17,519 bases of DNA. Source: a virus (taxonomy: Duplodnaviria > Heunggongvirae > Uroviricota > Caudoviricetes). The position numbers and the translations under genes were made by a program. The stretch lies in the IMG/VR virus record IMGVR_UViG_3300033121_001080, positions 1-17,519 of that record. The stretch is one strand, 5' to 3'. Under the pieces are notes generated by a model. The model made no database searches. It had not been told where the DNA came from and worked only from the letters and a program-made list of their open reading frames with translations. Positions 1 through 8,709 of the stretch are shown piece by piece (positions within the stretch are counted from its first letter, which is position 1; every line of letters starts with the position of its first letter).

Positions 1-80
1 TCTCGAACAGCGCCAACTTGTTCATCCATACGGCGTTTCTGTTCTATTTTAGCTTCTTTGGAAATATATCCACTCTCCAT
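1..80 (-). CDS. Hypothetical protein, 5' part only (runs off the left edge): MESGYISKEAKIEQKRRMDEQVGAVR...
   Basis: ATG at 80-78 preceded by a strong SD (TAAGGAGGTTGT-ATG) that overlaps the TAA of the upstream 760-aa gene; frame open to the window edge. Not in the supplied ORF track because it is truncated. Confidence 0.8.
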   Translation of the reverse strand, partial: MESGYISKEAKIEQKRRMDEQVGAVR

Positions 81-89
81 ACAACCTCC

Positions 90-2372
90 TTAATCTTGTT
101 TAATAATTTGTCTAGCTAACTTATGGGCCGGATGATCTTCCGGATATGATAATGCTGTTCTAATTTGAATATTGTTCTTTGTGACCGGGTTAATAATTTG
201 TCGTGACAAATCAAACGAGGTCTTGTTATGAGATGGTACTTCTTCAGGCGGAACGTCCTTTCGTGGAACTGGAGCGATCTGTGGCTCTTTTGGAGCTATT
301 GCAGGAGGCTGTTCTGGTTGTGCTCCATAACGCATCATACCCACAATTTGATTAACTGGCGCAAATGCTCCAGTTAATTTATAAACACCACTGCCATAAT
401 TAAATACAAGCCCCTCGCTAGATGTAATCTTATCCATTCCAATGGCATTTAATATATCAAGATTATCTTCCATCTTACGAATTTTATTTTGATCATTCGT
501 AGAACGGACAGATTCTATAGCTTTTTGAACAGCCTGTAACATTTCTTCTGCAGCCTGCGGGCTATTTGATGCCAACACATTTGTAATTCTTCCGATAGTT
601 TCAGCACCCAATTTTAATACAGGAATTTTGATAACATTAATGAATTTATTATTTAACGTTGCTGCTTCTCCATCTAACTTTCTAAACCATTCTTTTTTAT
701 CTGGAGGTAAATGTTTGACACCAAATGATTTGTCCCCGTATACCCAACGCTTAATAAGCGCCGCCTTTTCTGAATCGGCTAAGTCAACTTTTTCTTCGTG
801 AAGTTTCTTTAACCACTGAACAGTCATATAATCACCGATAGTATTATTCAAATCTAAGTGATTATTACGTGCAATTGTTGCGAATGTATTGGAGAATTCC
901 TTTGCAGCTTTATCATAATAATCGTTGTCGGATTCAGAAAATACTATAAAATGCTGACCTTGCATACCGTATGTTTGTTGCTGATGTGCATTATATGCTT
1001 GTAGTGCTGTAGAAAGTTCTTCACCCTCGTCTCTATTTTCAGCAACAGGATTTCCTTCGATATCGTACTCAATAGTTCCGTGAAAAAGTATCATGGACTT
1101 GTTATAAGGAATGACGTTAGTTGTAGATGGATTTATGATTTCCAAACTCATGAATTTTTTTCCATCTGCAAATAAACGATTTACTTCTTCTGGAGAAAGT
1201 GCGTCTATAGCACTTTGTAAATCAGAACCAGCAGTGCAAAATGATGCTTCAATAGCACCCTTACCAGCAAATTTTTGACATAACTGTTGTACATCCATTG
1301 CCTCCGCACCGAAATTTTTAAGTTGGCCCTTATTTCTAGAAAATACAATTCTACCATTCTTATAAGAAAATAGTAAATTTTGACCATCTGCCTTTTCTGC
1401 AACCGGCCCGTCTTTATCCAAGCCACCTTTTAATGATCTGTTTGTTAATTCTATTAAATCAGAGAATTTGAAATCCATATCTTCGTACGGATGTTGAATA
1501 TGTCCGTGAGCACCACCTTCTAACAATACACTCTCGTTCATCTTTGATCTAACAAACTTGTCTGCGGCTATATAAGCAGGATGATTCTTCTCATACTTTA
1601 ATGCAGAACCAACCAGAATATCATTACCAGTTTCAGGATTCTTGATTTTGTAATGTAAGAGCTTTTCTAATGTCTGATGTGTTTGTGTAATATCTGGTGT
1701 TGGGACTGATCCTTTTTCAGATGGAGGAGCAGTCATTGTAGAACCACTAAATCTTTGATTTAATAGTTGGTATGCTTCTTCATCAAACTTACCATAAATC
1801 TTTTTGAACAGATTTCTCTTTTCTTCTTCATCACCTTTTGCGAACGTATCTCGAATAGCAGTACCGGATATATTTTGACCGCCAACGTCCATTTCAAAGT
1901 CGGGAACATGTAAAACATATCCCTTAGTTTTAAATGGTTCCATTTCACTTTTATCTGAATGCGGGGAAAAATATTTACCAGTCGTTAATCTATCCGCATC
2001 TTTTTCACCCAATGCAAATATAGCTGGACGATTGGGGTCCATTTTAGAAAGTAATTCTACCGGTGCGTATGGAACTCGCGTTTTAATAATATGGCCGGGG
2101 TCAATTCCAAACATTTTTGAAATTAATTTTTGCTTATCATCAAAATTTAACGGGGATTTCCCCGGTTCAGTTTTATCACTGGTTGCAATATAAACATTAT
2201 CTGGACCGTATTTGTCCACTAATGTTTTATATACATGATAATGACCAGCATGAAATGGTTGAAATCTTCCCGGCAAAATAACAATCGGATTCGATTTTTC
2301 GTTTCCTTCAAACAAGAAACTTACTATCGAATTGGCTATTTCTGTTCCCAAACGTAGAGGACTTAAATCCAT
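90..2372 (-). CDS. 760-aa multidomain protein: N-terminal HxGH (cytidylyltransferase/NMNAT-like) nucleotidyltransferase plus ATP-dependent RNA-ligase-like covalent nucleotidyltransferase, with two copies of a ~40-aa repeat module
   Basis: GRFQPFHAGH (HxGH, aa 41-44) and ISGTAIRD closing motif; second domain has EKADG (K327), FSRN, SLEII, ILF, EGLVF (E653) and YKL (K665) in the order of ligase motifs I, Ia, III, IIIa, IV, V. SD AAGGGAG 6 nt before ATG. Confidence 0.8.
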   Translation of the reverse strand: MDLSPLRLGTEIANSIVSFLFEGNEKSNPIVILPGRFQPFHAGHYHVYKTLVDKYGPDNVYIATSDKTEPGKSPLNFDDKQKLISKMFGIDPGHIIKTRVPYAPVELLSKMDPNRPAIFALGEKDADRLTTGKYFSPHSDKSEMEPFKTKGYVLHVPDFEMDVGGQNISGTAIRDTFAKGDEEEKRNLFKKIYGKFDEEAYQLLNQRFSGSTMTAPPSEKGSVPTPDITQTHQTLEKLLHYKIKNPETGNDILVGSALKYEKNHPAYIAADKFVRSKMNESVLLEGGAHGHIQHPYEDMDFKFSDLIELTNRSLKGGLDKDGPVAEKADGQNLLFSYKNGRIVFSRNKGQLKNFGAEAMDVQQLCQKFAGKGAIEASFCTAGSDLQSAIDALSPEEVNRLFADGKKFMSLEIINPSTTNVIPYNKSMILFHGTIEYDIEGNPVAENRDEGEELSTALQAYNAHQQQTYGMQGQHFIVFSESDNDYYDKAAKEFSNTFATIARNNHLDLNNTIGDYMTVQWLKKLHEEKVDLADSEKAALIKRWVYGDKSFGVKHLPPDKKEWFRKLDGEAATLNNKFINVIKIPVLKLGAETIGRITNVLASNSPQAAEEMLQAVQKAIESVRSTNDQNKIRKMEDNLDILNAIGMDKITSSEGLVFNYGSGVYKLTGAFAPVNQIVGMMRYGAQPEQPPAIAPKEPQIAPVPRKDVPPEEVPSHNKTSFDLSRQIINPVTKNNIQIRTALSYPEDHPAHKLARQIIKQD
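93..212 (-). repeat. Copy 2 of the ~40-aa protein module (C-terminus of the 760-aa protein): DLSRQIINPVTKNNIQIRTALSYPEDHPAHKLARQIIKQD
   Basis: Ungapped alignment by hand: 14/40 identical to copy 1 and 19/40 to copy 3; follows a Pro-rich linker (QPEQPPAIAPKEPQIAPVPRKDVPPEEVP). Confidence 0.9.
1542..1661 (-). repeat. Copy 1 of the ~40-aa protein module (internal, aa 238-277, between the two catalytic domains): LLHYKIKNPETGNDILVGSALKYEKNHPAYIAADKFVRSK
   Basis: 18/40 identical to copy 3 and 14/40 to copy 2, no gaps; preceded by a Pro/Thr/Ser linker (STMTAPPSEKGSVPTPD) and followed by SVLLE-GGA. Confidence 0.9.
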
Positions 2373-2397
2373 GAAAAACTCCCTTAAGTAGCTATAT

Positions 2398-2405
2398 AAT
2401 AAATA
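2398..2405 (-). promoter_or_regulatory. Putative late-promoter box, variant TATTTATT
   Basis: One mismatch to the TATTTATA box found in three other intergenic gaps; lies in the gap 25 nt upstream of the ATG at 2372. Confidence 0.45.
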
Positions 2406-2418
2406 GTTACGAAATATT

Positions 2419-4134
2419 TCAAGCGCCAGTAAATCGAACTATTGGTGACTCTATTGTTATAGGAACCGTTTCTCCCTGAACATCTATCAATTCTGCTTTA
2501 AATTGCATTGTTCCAGATGGAATTCCGGACGTAGCCAATATTGGAAATATTGCTACGCAATCATTAGGAACAAATCCTCTGTCCGTTGCGACATTAATTT
2601 TAACGTTGGCAAATAGCCACTGGCCTCCGTAGATTAAAAATCTCAAGGCTCCCGTACCAGTAGCCGAGGTGATGAAATTAATATCCTGATCTACGAAATC
2701 TTGCTTCGTAGTTACGGTGTCAGTCGTGTAACTAGCTATTTTTACTCCGAATGGATCGGAGCTAGGAAATGCCGTGCCATAGAAATAAATGTCCATTTTA
2801 CCGTTAATTGAACTGTCTTTAAGACATGACATGTCTAAAGTAAGCTTATATTCCGTATCTTGGGTAAAATTGACAGTAGAATTGGCACCAATAAAATATA
2901 CCGGGGTAACGGATGCTGTGTAGAAAGTGCCCACCGAAGCTGAATATAGATTGGATGCGCTGCCCAATAAATACATTGAATTTAATGGAATATAATCAGA
3001 CGTATATCCGACATTTGGCAGCGTGGTTGTACCAGTAACATAAGAAGCACTTACTACATAATCTCCTATCCAATAAAAATTGGCTGTGGCTGGATCTTTA
3101 ATGTAACCCGTGTCAACCACATTCTCACCAGATAGAAGTAATTGTTGAGAAGCATAATTGATGAAGGTATTCAACTGCGGGCCTTCTATAATTTTCTCTC
3201 CAATATATTGATAATCACCAACATTTCCATACTTTCTAACATAGAATTTTGATTTGAATACGTATCCAGAAAACGTATTTAAATCTGTCAACGACAATTG
3301 AGCAAATGATCTTGTGGGGTTGCTGGCGGTGTAACTACTTGTGTAATATTGAAAATTACATTGTGTTGTAGTTGGGAATGTTAGATATGAAGTTCCATTA
3401 TTGAACGGAGATGAAAGTTTAATAATTCTGTTTGACCACACATCGGCAATACTAGAACTATATGTTACACCGTTAATAGATGCACTAAATCCACCATTAA
3501 CCATAGCTCCGTTAAATAGAGACGCAGATGCAATAACCAAGTAATCAATTTTATTTGGATTGTCATTGACGCTATATGCTGTTTTATTAACCGTTGAATA
3601 TAAGCCAGTTGAAGCACTAGCAATATTTGTTAAGTTGGCAATTCTATAAAGTGAGAGAAATTCTTGAACAGACAGTTCTGGTTGATTATAAAATCGAAGA
3701 GGAGAACGTGTAATTCTGGAAGGATCAACTAATATACTCTTAGTGTATTTTACATTATACTTGCCGCGCCATTCTGGCGGGATTGAGTTACCGTTTGCGT
3801 CGCGATCCAATTCTCCCATAATAGTCAACGTAGCAAACCCAGCAGGAGTATCTTCATAAACTTCAATTGAAATTACTCTCGAAAATCCTTCTTGATATTT
3901 TGAAATTGGTACCGAAAATATAGCATTACCTTCCGAGTCCAATACTTCAATAAGAATTTCGGTAGACCCTTTTAGATAGCCAGTTCCAAGTATCAAAAAT
4001 GAGTTTTTTCCCAACCCCAATACATCTGGAAATTGAGAAACTTTAAAGTATTTGGATAGTGGGTCTGTGTCAGTTATGTAGGTTTGAGCAACCGCCAGAC
4101 CAAGTGGAGAACTGTATTTTTTAAGTTTTGTCAT
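2419..4134 (-). CDS. 571-aa probable virion structural (tail/baseplate-associated) protein
   Basis: Long ORF rich in S/T/Y/G/N with beta-strand character, no catalytic motif recognised; SD GAGGG 5 nt upstream; preceded by a TATTTATA box like the tail genes. Function inferred only. Confidence 0.6.
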   Translation of the reverse strand: MTKLKKYSSPLGLAVAQTYITDTDPLSKYFKVSQFPDVLGLGKNSFLILGTGYLKGSTEILIEVLDSEGNAIFSVPISKYQEGFSRVISIEVYEDTPAGFATLTIMGELDRDANGNSIPPEWRGKYNVKYTKSILVDPSRITRSPLRFYNQPELSVQEFLSLYRIANLTNIASASTGLYSTVNKTAYSVNDNPNKIDYLVIASASLFNGAMVNGGFSASINGVTYSSSIADVWSNRIIKLSSPFNNGTSYLTFPTTTQCNFQYYTSSYTASNPTRSFAQLSLTDLNTFSGYVFKSKFYVRKYGNVGDYQYIGEKIIEGPQLNTFINYASQQLLLSGENVVDTGYIKDPATANFYWIGDYVVSASYVTGTTTLPNVGYTSDYIPLNSMYLLGSASNLYSASVGTFYTASVTPVYFIGANSTVNFTQDTEYKLTLDMSCLKDSSINGKMDIYFYGTAFPSSDPFGVKIASYTTDTVTTKQDFVDQDINFITSATGTGALRFLIYGGQWLFANVKINVATDRGFVPNDCVAIFPILATSGIPSGTMQFKAELIDVQGETVPITIESPIVRFTGA

Positions 4135-4153
4135 CGATGCCCTCAGAGTATAC

Positions 4154-4161
4154 TATAAATA
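4154..4161 (-). promoter_or_regulatory. Putative late-promoter box TATTTATA
   Basis: Exact TATTTATA on the coding strand, 19 nt upstream of the ATG at 4134 and immediately after a terminator. Confidence 0.6.
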
Positions 4162-4163
4162 TC

Positions 4164-4203
4164 ACAAAAAATCAAAAGGACCAGAATTCTGGCCCTTTTG
4201 ATT
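4164..4203 (-). terminator. Rho-independent terminator downstream of the Mre11-Rad50 fusion gene
   Basis: Minus-strand RNA AAUCAAAAGGGCCAG-AAUU-CUGGUCCUUUUGAUUUUUUG: GC-rich stem with one G-U pair (a mismatch on the plus strand, which fixes the orientation), 4-nt loop, U-rich tail; 20 nt after the stop at 4224. Confidence 0.85.
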
Positions 4204-4223
4204 GCGTAAGTTATTGTTACTTA

Positions 4224-7200
4224 TTATTTTACAGTGATATACGAGTATTCGTTCTCTCGTTTGATTTCGATGATAGTATCTGCTATATCTCGTACGGTAT
4301 CCAAATGACTGATTAAAATTATGAACTCAAATTTAGTCTTTAACATGTTGAATAACATGAACATAGATGCCAAATTTTCACTGTCCAAAACGCCCAATCC
4401 TTCGTCAATGACCAAGAAATTGGATCTAGGCAAGTTGCTGACGGACATTAAAGCTACTCGAATTGCCAATCCACTTATGAATTTTTCCATTCCAGAAGCT
4501 AATTCCAATGGCCATACTCGATCATCGTCATAAACAATTTTTCCATTAACATTCTTTCCGTCTACATCCAATATTATTGAAAAATTAACCAATTGATTTA
4601 ATACATTATTAACTTCGTCTTGAATAGTCGGCATGATATCAGATATTATGGAATATGGAATCCCATCTCTGGATACTGCTTCCATGTACAATTCATATGC
4701 TTCGTATGTCTTTTCAAGTTCTTTTGCCTCGGTCATAGACTGCATTATTTGATTTTTTTCAGACAAAGTTACAGAAATTTTACTGTGGAGATTCCGAAGT
4801 ATTACTTCGTCTTTGGATAATCTATTGACCAATTCCGTTTTGTTTTTTTCTATATCTTTGATTGCGGAATCAATCTGATCGTTTAATTCAATTGTCGTCT
4901 TGTCATTTTCAAATTCTGCTTTTGCTTTTTCTATTTTTTCTAATCTAGATTTGATAGATTCCATTGAATTGATAGTTTTCTCAATTTTCAATTCCGTGTT
5001 TTGTTTATTTGTAATTAGATTAGGTAAACTTGACTGTAGTCTTGTATATTGTTCGTACGTATCTTCTACATTTTGTAAGGTTCCTATCTTATCTTCTAAT
5101 GCGCGAATCTTAAATTCAGTTTGTTCAATTTCGCGCAAAAGAGAATCACGATCTTTTGCAGTTTGGATGGCATCTTTAACAAAGATATTATTTATACAAA
5201 ATTTGCAATTCGGATCATATTCATGCTTACTGAGATTATCAATTTTTTGATTTTTGTTTTTCAAATCTAAATTCATTATTTTCAATTTATGTTGTAGTTG
5301 GCTGTGTTCTGTTTTATAAGAAACGAGTTGTTTATTCTGTTCTATTAAATCAGAAACAGATGAATATGAATTTAATTTATCTTGAACTTCATCTATATTT
5401 TTATCAGTTAGTTCAACAATTTTGTGCAATCTATCTATTAAATCCACTGATTCAGATATTTGTTTATTGAATTCTTCTATCGCAGCATCATAATCTAAAT
5501 TCCACATCGATTTGATATGTGGGACTTTTGTTTCATACAACTGTTGAATGGTGTCACTTAACTGCTGAATTTCTTGTTTGTCAGATTCCACCTCACCAGT
5601 AAGAGTATCATACTGTTGTTCTAACGATTCAAGTTCTGTTTGTAAATCATTCAATTTTTGAGTGAAATCTATATTGGCAAATTTCTTTAGAGAATGTGCC
5701 ATTTCTTTACTTTCTTCTATTGCAAAATTAAGCAACTTATCGAATATAGTAAGCCCCATGAACTGACTCAACAAATCTTTTCTGTCTGACTGGCCCTTAT
5801 CTATAAACAACGAATTTTGTCCTTGCACGGATAGTGTAGTTAGAATAAAATCTTCGTAATCTCCAACGTAAGAACGTATGATCGCATTAGTATCTCTACG
5901 ATCCTCGCCAGTTAAGTTATCCCAGTTCTCTCCGTTCTTTTTGTAAAAATCCACATCTACTTTAACTTCACCATTCTTTTTACGAGAACCGGTTCTGTTA
6001 ATTTTATATGTTTCCCCATCAACTTCGAATTCAAATTCACAAGAGCAGGCATCTTCTCTGGTGTTCATGATATGATTGCCTTTGAATGCTCTTGGAGTTT
6101 TATCATACAGTGCAAAACACAATGCATCAAACGCACTGGTCTTTCCAGTCGCATTAGGAGAAAATACTCCATAAATGCCAGTCATATCTTCAAATTTAAT
6201 TTCATTTCCCTTTCCATAAGAAAACAGATTATCAAACTTGAGATTTAGCGGTTTCCATGTAATATTTTTTGGAAGTTGATCATCTATTATATTTGAATTT
6301 AATCGCGTATTTATTTCTACTATTTTCTTTACAGTATCTTCCGTGGCTGCTGGGAATGTATTTTTGACGTACGTCTCAATCAATTTGTTTTGATTAGAAA
6401 CCTCCTTAACATCCACTGCCGCAGACACTTTAGTATTTGTAGATGTAGTCTTAGGAATTAATTTGGAAACAGTGTATTCTAATACGACATGTTTCTTTCT
6501 GATCAACGATATGATTTTTTTAATCTCGGTGGCGTCTAAGTTCTCCGTCAGTAATCTGAGTCTGATGTTCTCTGGAATTCCTTGAGTACTAAACTTTTTC
6601 GAAGAGTCAATCTCCAAAGTTACATAACCATAGTTGTTTTTAACTGGATGATGTGTATGTGCCATTGTTGATAAATCCCATTCAATCCAACCATGGTTTT
6701 CTAACGTTTCACCGTGATTTTGTTGAATTAGAGAACCGGGATATAGAATAACTGGTGTAGATGATTGCAATACTTGATATTTGTGAATATCTCCCAACAT
6801 TACAATATCAAATCCAGCAAATCTCTTTATATCAAGAGCATGATTTGTAATAGTGTAACCAACATCCGTTTTTGCATTAATTAACGGACCATGATATAAT
6901 GCTACTTTGACATTGGATGATTTTGGAACATCAGGCCAACTAGCCGCGTCTCCTATAATTGAGAACACAGCGAAATCAACATTGTCAAATGTTGTGACAC
7001 CAGAATCTCGCAAGTAATATAGTGTTTTGGAATTGATGCTATCGACTATAGGAGTTAATGCATCTAATCTATGCGGGTTGGATAAATTTAAATCGTGGTT
7101 TCCAGCAATCAATATTGTTGGAGCTATGTCAGAAATTTTCTTCAAATATTCTGTGGTGAGAGCTACCATCTCAGGACTCATATCTGTTTTGGAGTGAACA

Positions 7201-7355
7201 ATATCACCTGCCAAAACAATCATTCCTTGTTTATTTACACGAGTATACCACGCCTGTAAATCGGTGCATAGTGTATCTAAAACTTGCCTGTATTCTTCGT
7301 GTCTCTTATATAATCGTATATGTAAATCTGCTATATGTGCTATACTTTTTATCAT
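4224..7355 (-). CDS. sbcD/sbcC: 1043-aa single-chain Mre11/SbcD nuclease - Rad50/SbcC ATPase fusion (T4 gp47/gp46-like recombination nuclease)
   Basis: Metallophosphoesterase motifs ADLH, AGDIVH, GNHD, LYHG, GDIH, YPGS; then Walker A SPNATGKT, Q-loop SVQGQ, long coiled coil with CKFC zinc hook (5196-5207), signature ASGME, Walker B FLVIDEG, D-loop LD, H-loop ISH. No stop between the two halves. Confidence 0.93.
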   Translation of the reverse strand: MIKSIAHIADLHIRLYKRHEEYRQVLDTLCTDLQAWYTRVNKQGMIVLAGDIVHSKTDMSPEMVALTTEYLKKISDIAPTILIAGNHDLNLSNPHRLDALTPIVDSINSKTLYYLRDSGVTTFDNVDFAVFSIIGDAASWPDVPKSSNVKVALYHGPLINAKTDVGYTITNHALDIKRFAGFDIVMLGDIHKYQVLQSSTPVILYPGSLIQQNHGETLENHGWIEWDLSTMAHTHHPVKNNYGYVTLEIDSSKKFSTQGIPENIRLRLLTENLDATEIKKIISLIRKKHVVLEYTVSKLIPKTTSTNTKVSAAVDVKEVSNQNKLIETYVKNTFPAATEDTVKKIVEINTRLNSNIIDDQLPKNITWKPLNLKFDNLFSYGKGNEIKFEDMTGIYGVFSPNATGKTSAFDALCFALYDKTPRAFKGNHIMNTREDACSCEFEFEVDGETYKINRTGSRKKNGEVKVDVDFYKKNGENWDNLTGEDRRDTNAIIRSYVGDYEDFILTTLSVQGQNSLFIDKGQSDRKDLLSQFMGLTIFDKLLNFAIEESKEMAHSLKKFANIDFTQKLNDLQTELESLEQQYDTLTGEVESDKQEIQQLSDTIQQLYETKVPHIKSMWNLDYDAAIEEFNKQISESVDLIDRLHKIVELTDKNIDEVQDKLNSYSSVSDLIEQNKQLVSYKTEHSQLQHKLKIMNLDLKNKNQKIDNLSKHEYDPNCKFCINNIFVKDAIQTAKDRDSLLREIEQTEFKIRALEDKIGTLQNVEDTYEQYTRLQSSLPNLITNKQNTELKIEKTINSMESIKSRLEKIEKAKAEFENDKTTIELNDQIDSAIKDIEKNKTELVNRLSKDEVILRNLHSKISVTLSEKNQIMQSMTEAKELEKTYEAYELYMEAVSRDGIPYSIISDIMPTIQDEVNNVLNQLVNFSIILDVDGKNVNGKIVYDDDRVWPLELASGMEKFISGLAIRVALMSVSNLPRSNFLVIDEGLGVLDSENLASMFMLFNMLKTKFEFIILISHLDTVRDIADTIIEIKRENEYSYITVK

Positions 7356-8278
7356 GCATTCACCTTTGATAATTTCATTGAAAGCCTATCTTTGAACGTT
7401 ACTTCTTTAGATTCTTCTATTAGTTTTCGCATACCAGCAAATCCAATTTCACTAGGATCTTTGCCTGTAAGATTAACCATATACACAGTTTGGCCATCTT
7501 TTAGCAATGTTTCGCACAGACGCATTGCTGCATTTGCCGCATCCGAATCTAACGCAATGTATATTTCACTGACTTGCTTTTCAACAATTTTTTGTTGTAA
7601 TTTGTTTTGTAATGTTTTTCCTAATAGTGGAATCGCGTTCCACTTAATTGCTATTGCATCCATCACTCCTTCACACAATACAATTGGGTAGTTCCAATTG
7701 ATGTGATAATCAAATCCAATTATGTTTTTGCTAATGGGTGGATTTTTGTATTTGAGTGTGCTATTGCCGAAGAAATCTCTACCAACAAAGTAGTTCAGTT
7801 TACCCGCATCATCATAACTAGGGATGATGATTCTGTTCGCGTACGGACCTGTGTTACAGTAGCCTATGCGGTATCTCATTATATCATATTTAGTGATGTT
7901 TCTTGATCGAAGATATTTTACTGCATGTTTGTATTCAAGTTCTTTGGTTGGAATCCACATTGGTTGGTAATCATCGGGAAGGCGTATTTCAACAGACGGA
8001 GTATCGTGTTGAACATACGATATTTCGTCGTGTAAAATAGTTTGTAACTCTCGTATCTGTTCTTTACTTACATTTAACTTTCTGAATAACGACAATAGTG
8101 TATAACCACCAGAATCACAAGTCCAACAATGCCATTTACCTTTTGAAAGATTTAATGCCAATTTTGGATTGTGATGATTGCAGAAGGGACAGTAAAAGTA
8201 GTATTCCGTGTGAGAATATTCCCTATACTGTCCCAATACAGATGCAGAAATTGAGAGTAGTTTGCTTACATCGTACAT
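7352..8278 (-). CDS. dnaG: 308-aa DnaG-type phage DNA primase (Zn finger plus TOPRIM)
   Basis: CPFC...HCWTC zinc ribbon, RIIIP, YFVGR, KYKNP, TOPRIM LCEGVMDA and ALDSD; SD GGAGG; its TGA overlaps the sbcD/C ATG (ATGA, 7355-7352), indicating translational coupling. Confidence 0.9.
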   Translation of the reverse strand: MYDVSKLLSISASVLGQYREYSHTEYYFYCPFCNHHNPKLALNLSKGKWHCWTCDSGGYTLLSLFRKLNVSKEQIRELQTILHDEISYVQHDTPSVEIRLPDDYQPMWIPTKELEYKHAVKYLRSRNITKYDIMRYRIGYCNTGPYANRIIIPSYDDAGKLNYFVGRDFFGNSTLKYKNPPISKNIIGFDYHINWNYPIVLCEGVMDAIAIKWNAIPLLGKTLQNKLQQKIVEKQVSEIYIALDSDAANAAMRLCETLLKDGQTVYMVNLTGKDPSEIGFAGMRKLIEESKEVTFKDRLSMKLSKVNA

Positions 8279-8295
8279 AAAACCTCCAATCTACA

Positions 8296-8324
8296 AAGAT
8301 AGCTAGATTAGATTTATTTGTCAA
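8296..8324 (-). promoter_or_regulatory. Sigma70-type (early) promoter for the primase - Mre11/Rad50 unit
   Basis: TTGACA (8324-8319), exactly 17 nt spacer (aataaatctaatctagc), TATCTT (8301-8296; keeps T-A-T-x-x-T), followed by the GGAGG SD and ATG at 8278. Confidence 0.7.
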
Positions 8325-8691
8325 GTACTTGAACTGGTGGTTTGAATACAGACATTAATTTAATAAAATGATCTAATGAAATGACTGCGTATGCTTTGCT
8401 ATTATTACGTTTGAACGCCAACACAGGTTCAATTCCGCTTTTACAATTAGACTCTGCTTGTTCTAACGCGCTCCATATATTAAGCTTTTCTTGGTTCTTT
8501 GCTTCTATAGAATATGGAATGAGTTTTCTAGCGGCAGGTGATAAAATTATATCTTCTCCCGATTGTCCCATAATTGTACAACGAACGTCATCTGGTTCTA
8601 AATGATCTTTAAATTCTTCTAATAGCTTATCTCGTACTTCCTGCTGAAATCTTCTGCCTTTTGCTTTACGTGACCGTGGTGTTTTTGCCAT
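8314..8691 (-). CDS. 125-aa PD-(D/E)XK Holliday junction resolvase-like protein (Hjc / T5 D14-like)
   Basis: N-terminal basic KAKGRRFQQEVRD helix, GEDII, IEAKN catalytic pattern and PVLAFKRN strand typical of phage Hjc-like resolvases; adjacent to primase. Confidence 0.75.
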   Translation of the reverse strand: MAKTPRSRKAKGRRFQQEVRDKLLEEFKDHLEPDDVRCTIMGQSGEDIILSPAARKLIPYSIEAKNQEKLNIWSALEQAESNCKSGIEPVLAFKRNNSKAYAVISLDHFIKLMSVFKPPVQVLDK

Positions 8692-8709
8692 GATAATTCT
8701 CTATTAAAG

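Noticed and set aside
1205-1948. Minus-strand alternative-frame ORFs 1205-1426 and 1760-1948
   Set aside because: Nested in the 760-aa gene in another frame, with no RBS or recognisable motif.
2407-2421. Possible TGA read-through or stop-codon recoding at the end of the 571-aa gene
   Set aside because: Read-through adds only NIS before a TAA; TGA and TAA both terminate well-packed genes in this window and long ORFs are intact in the standard code, so there is no sign of recoding.
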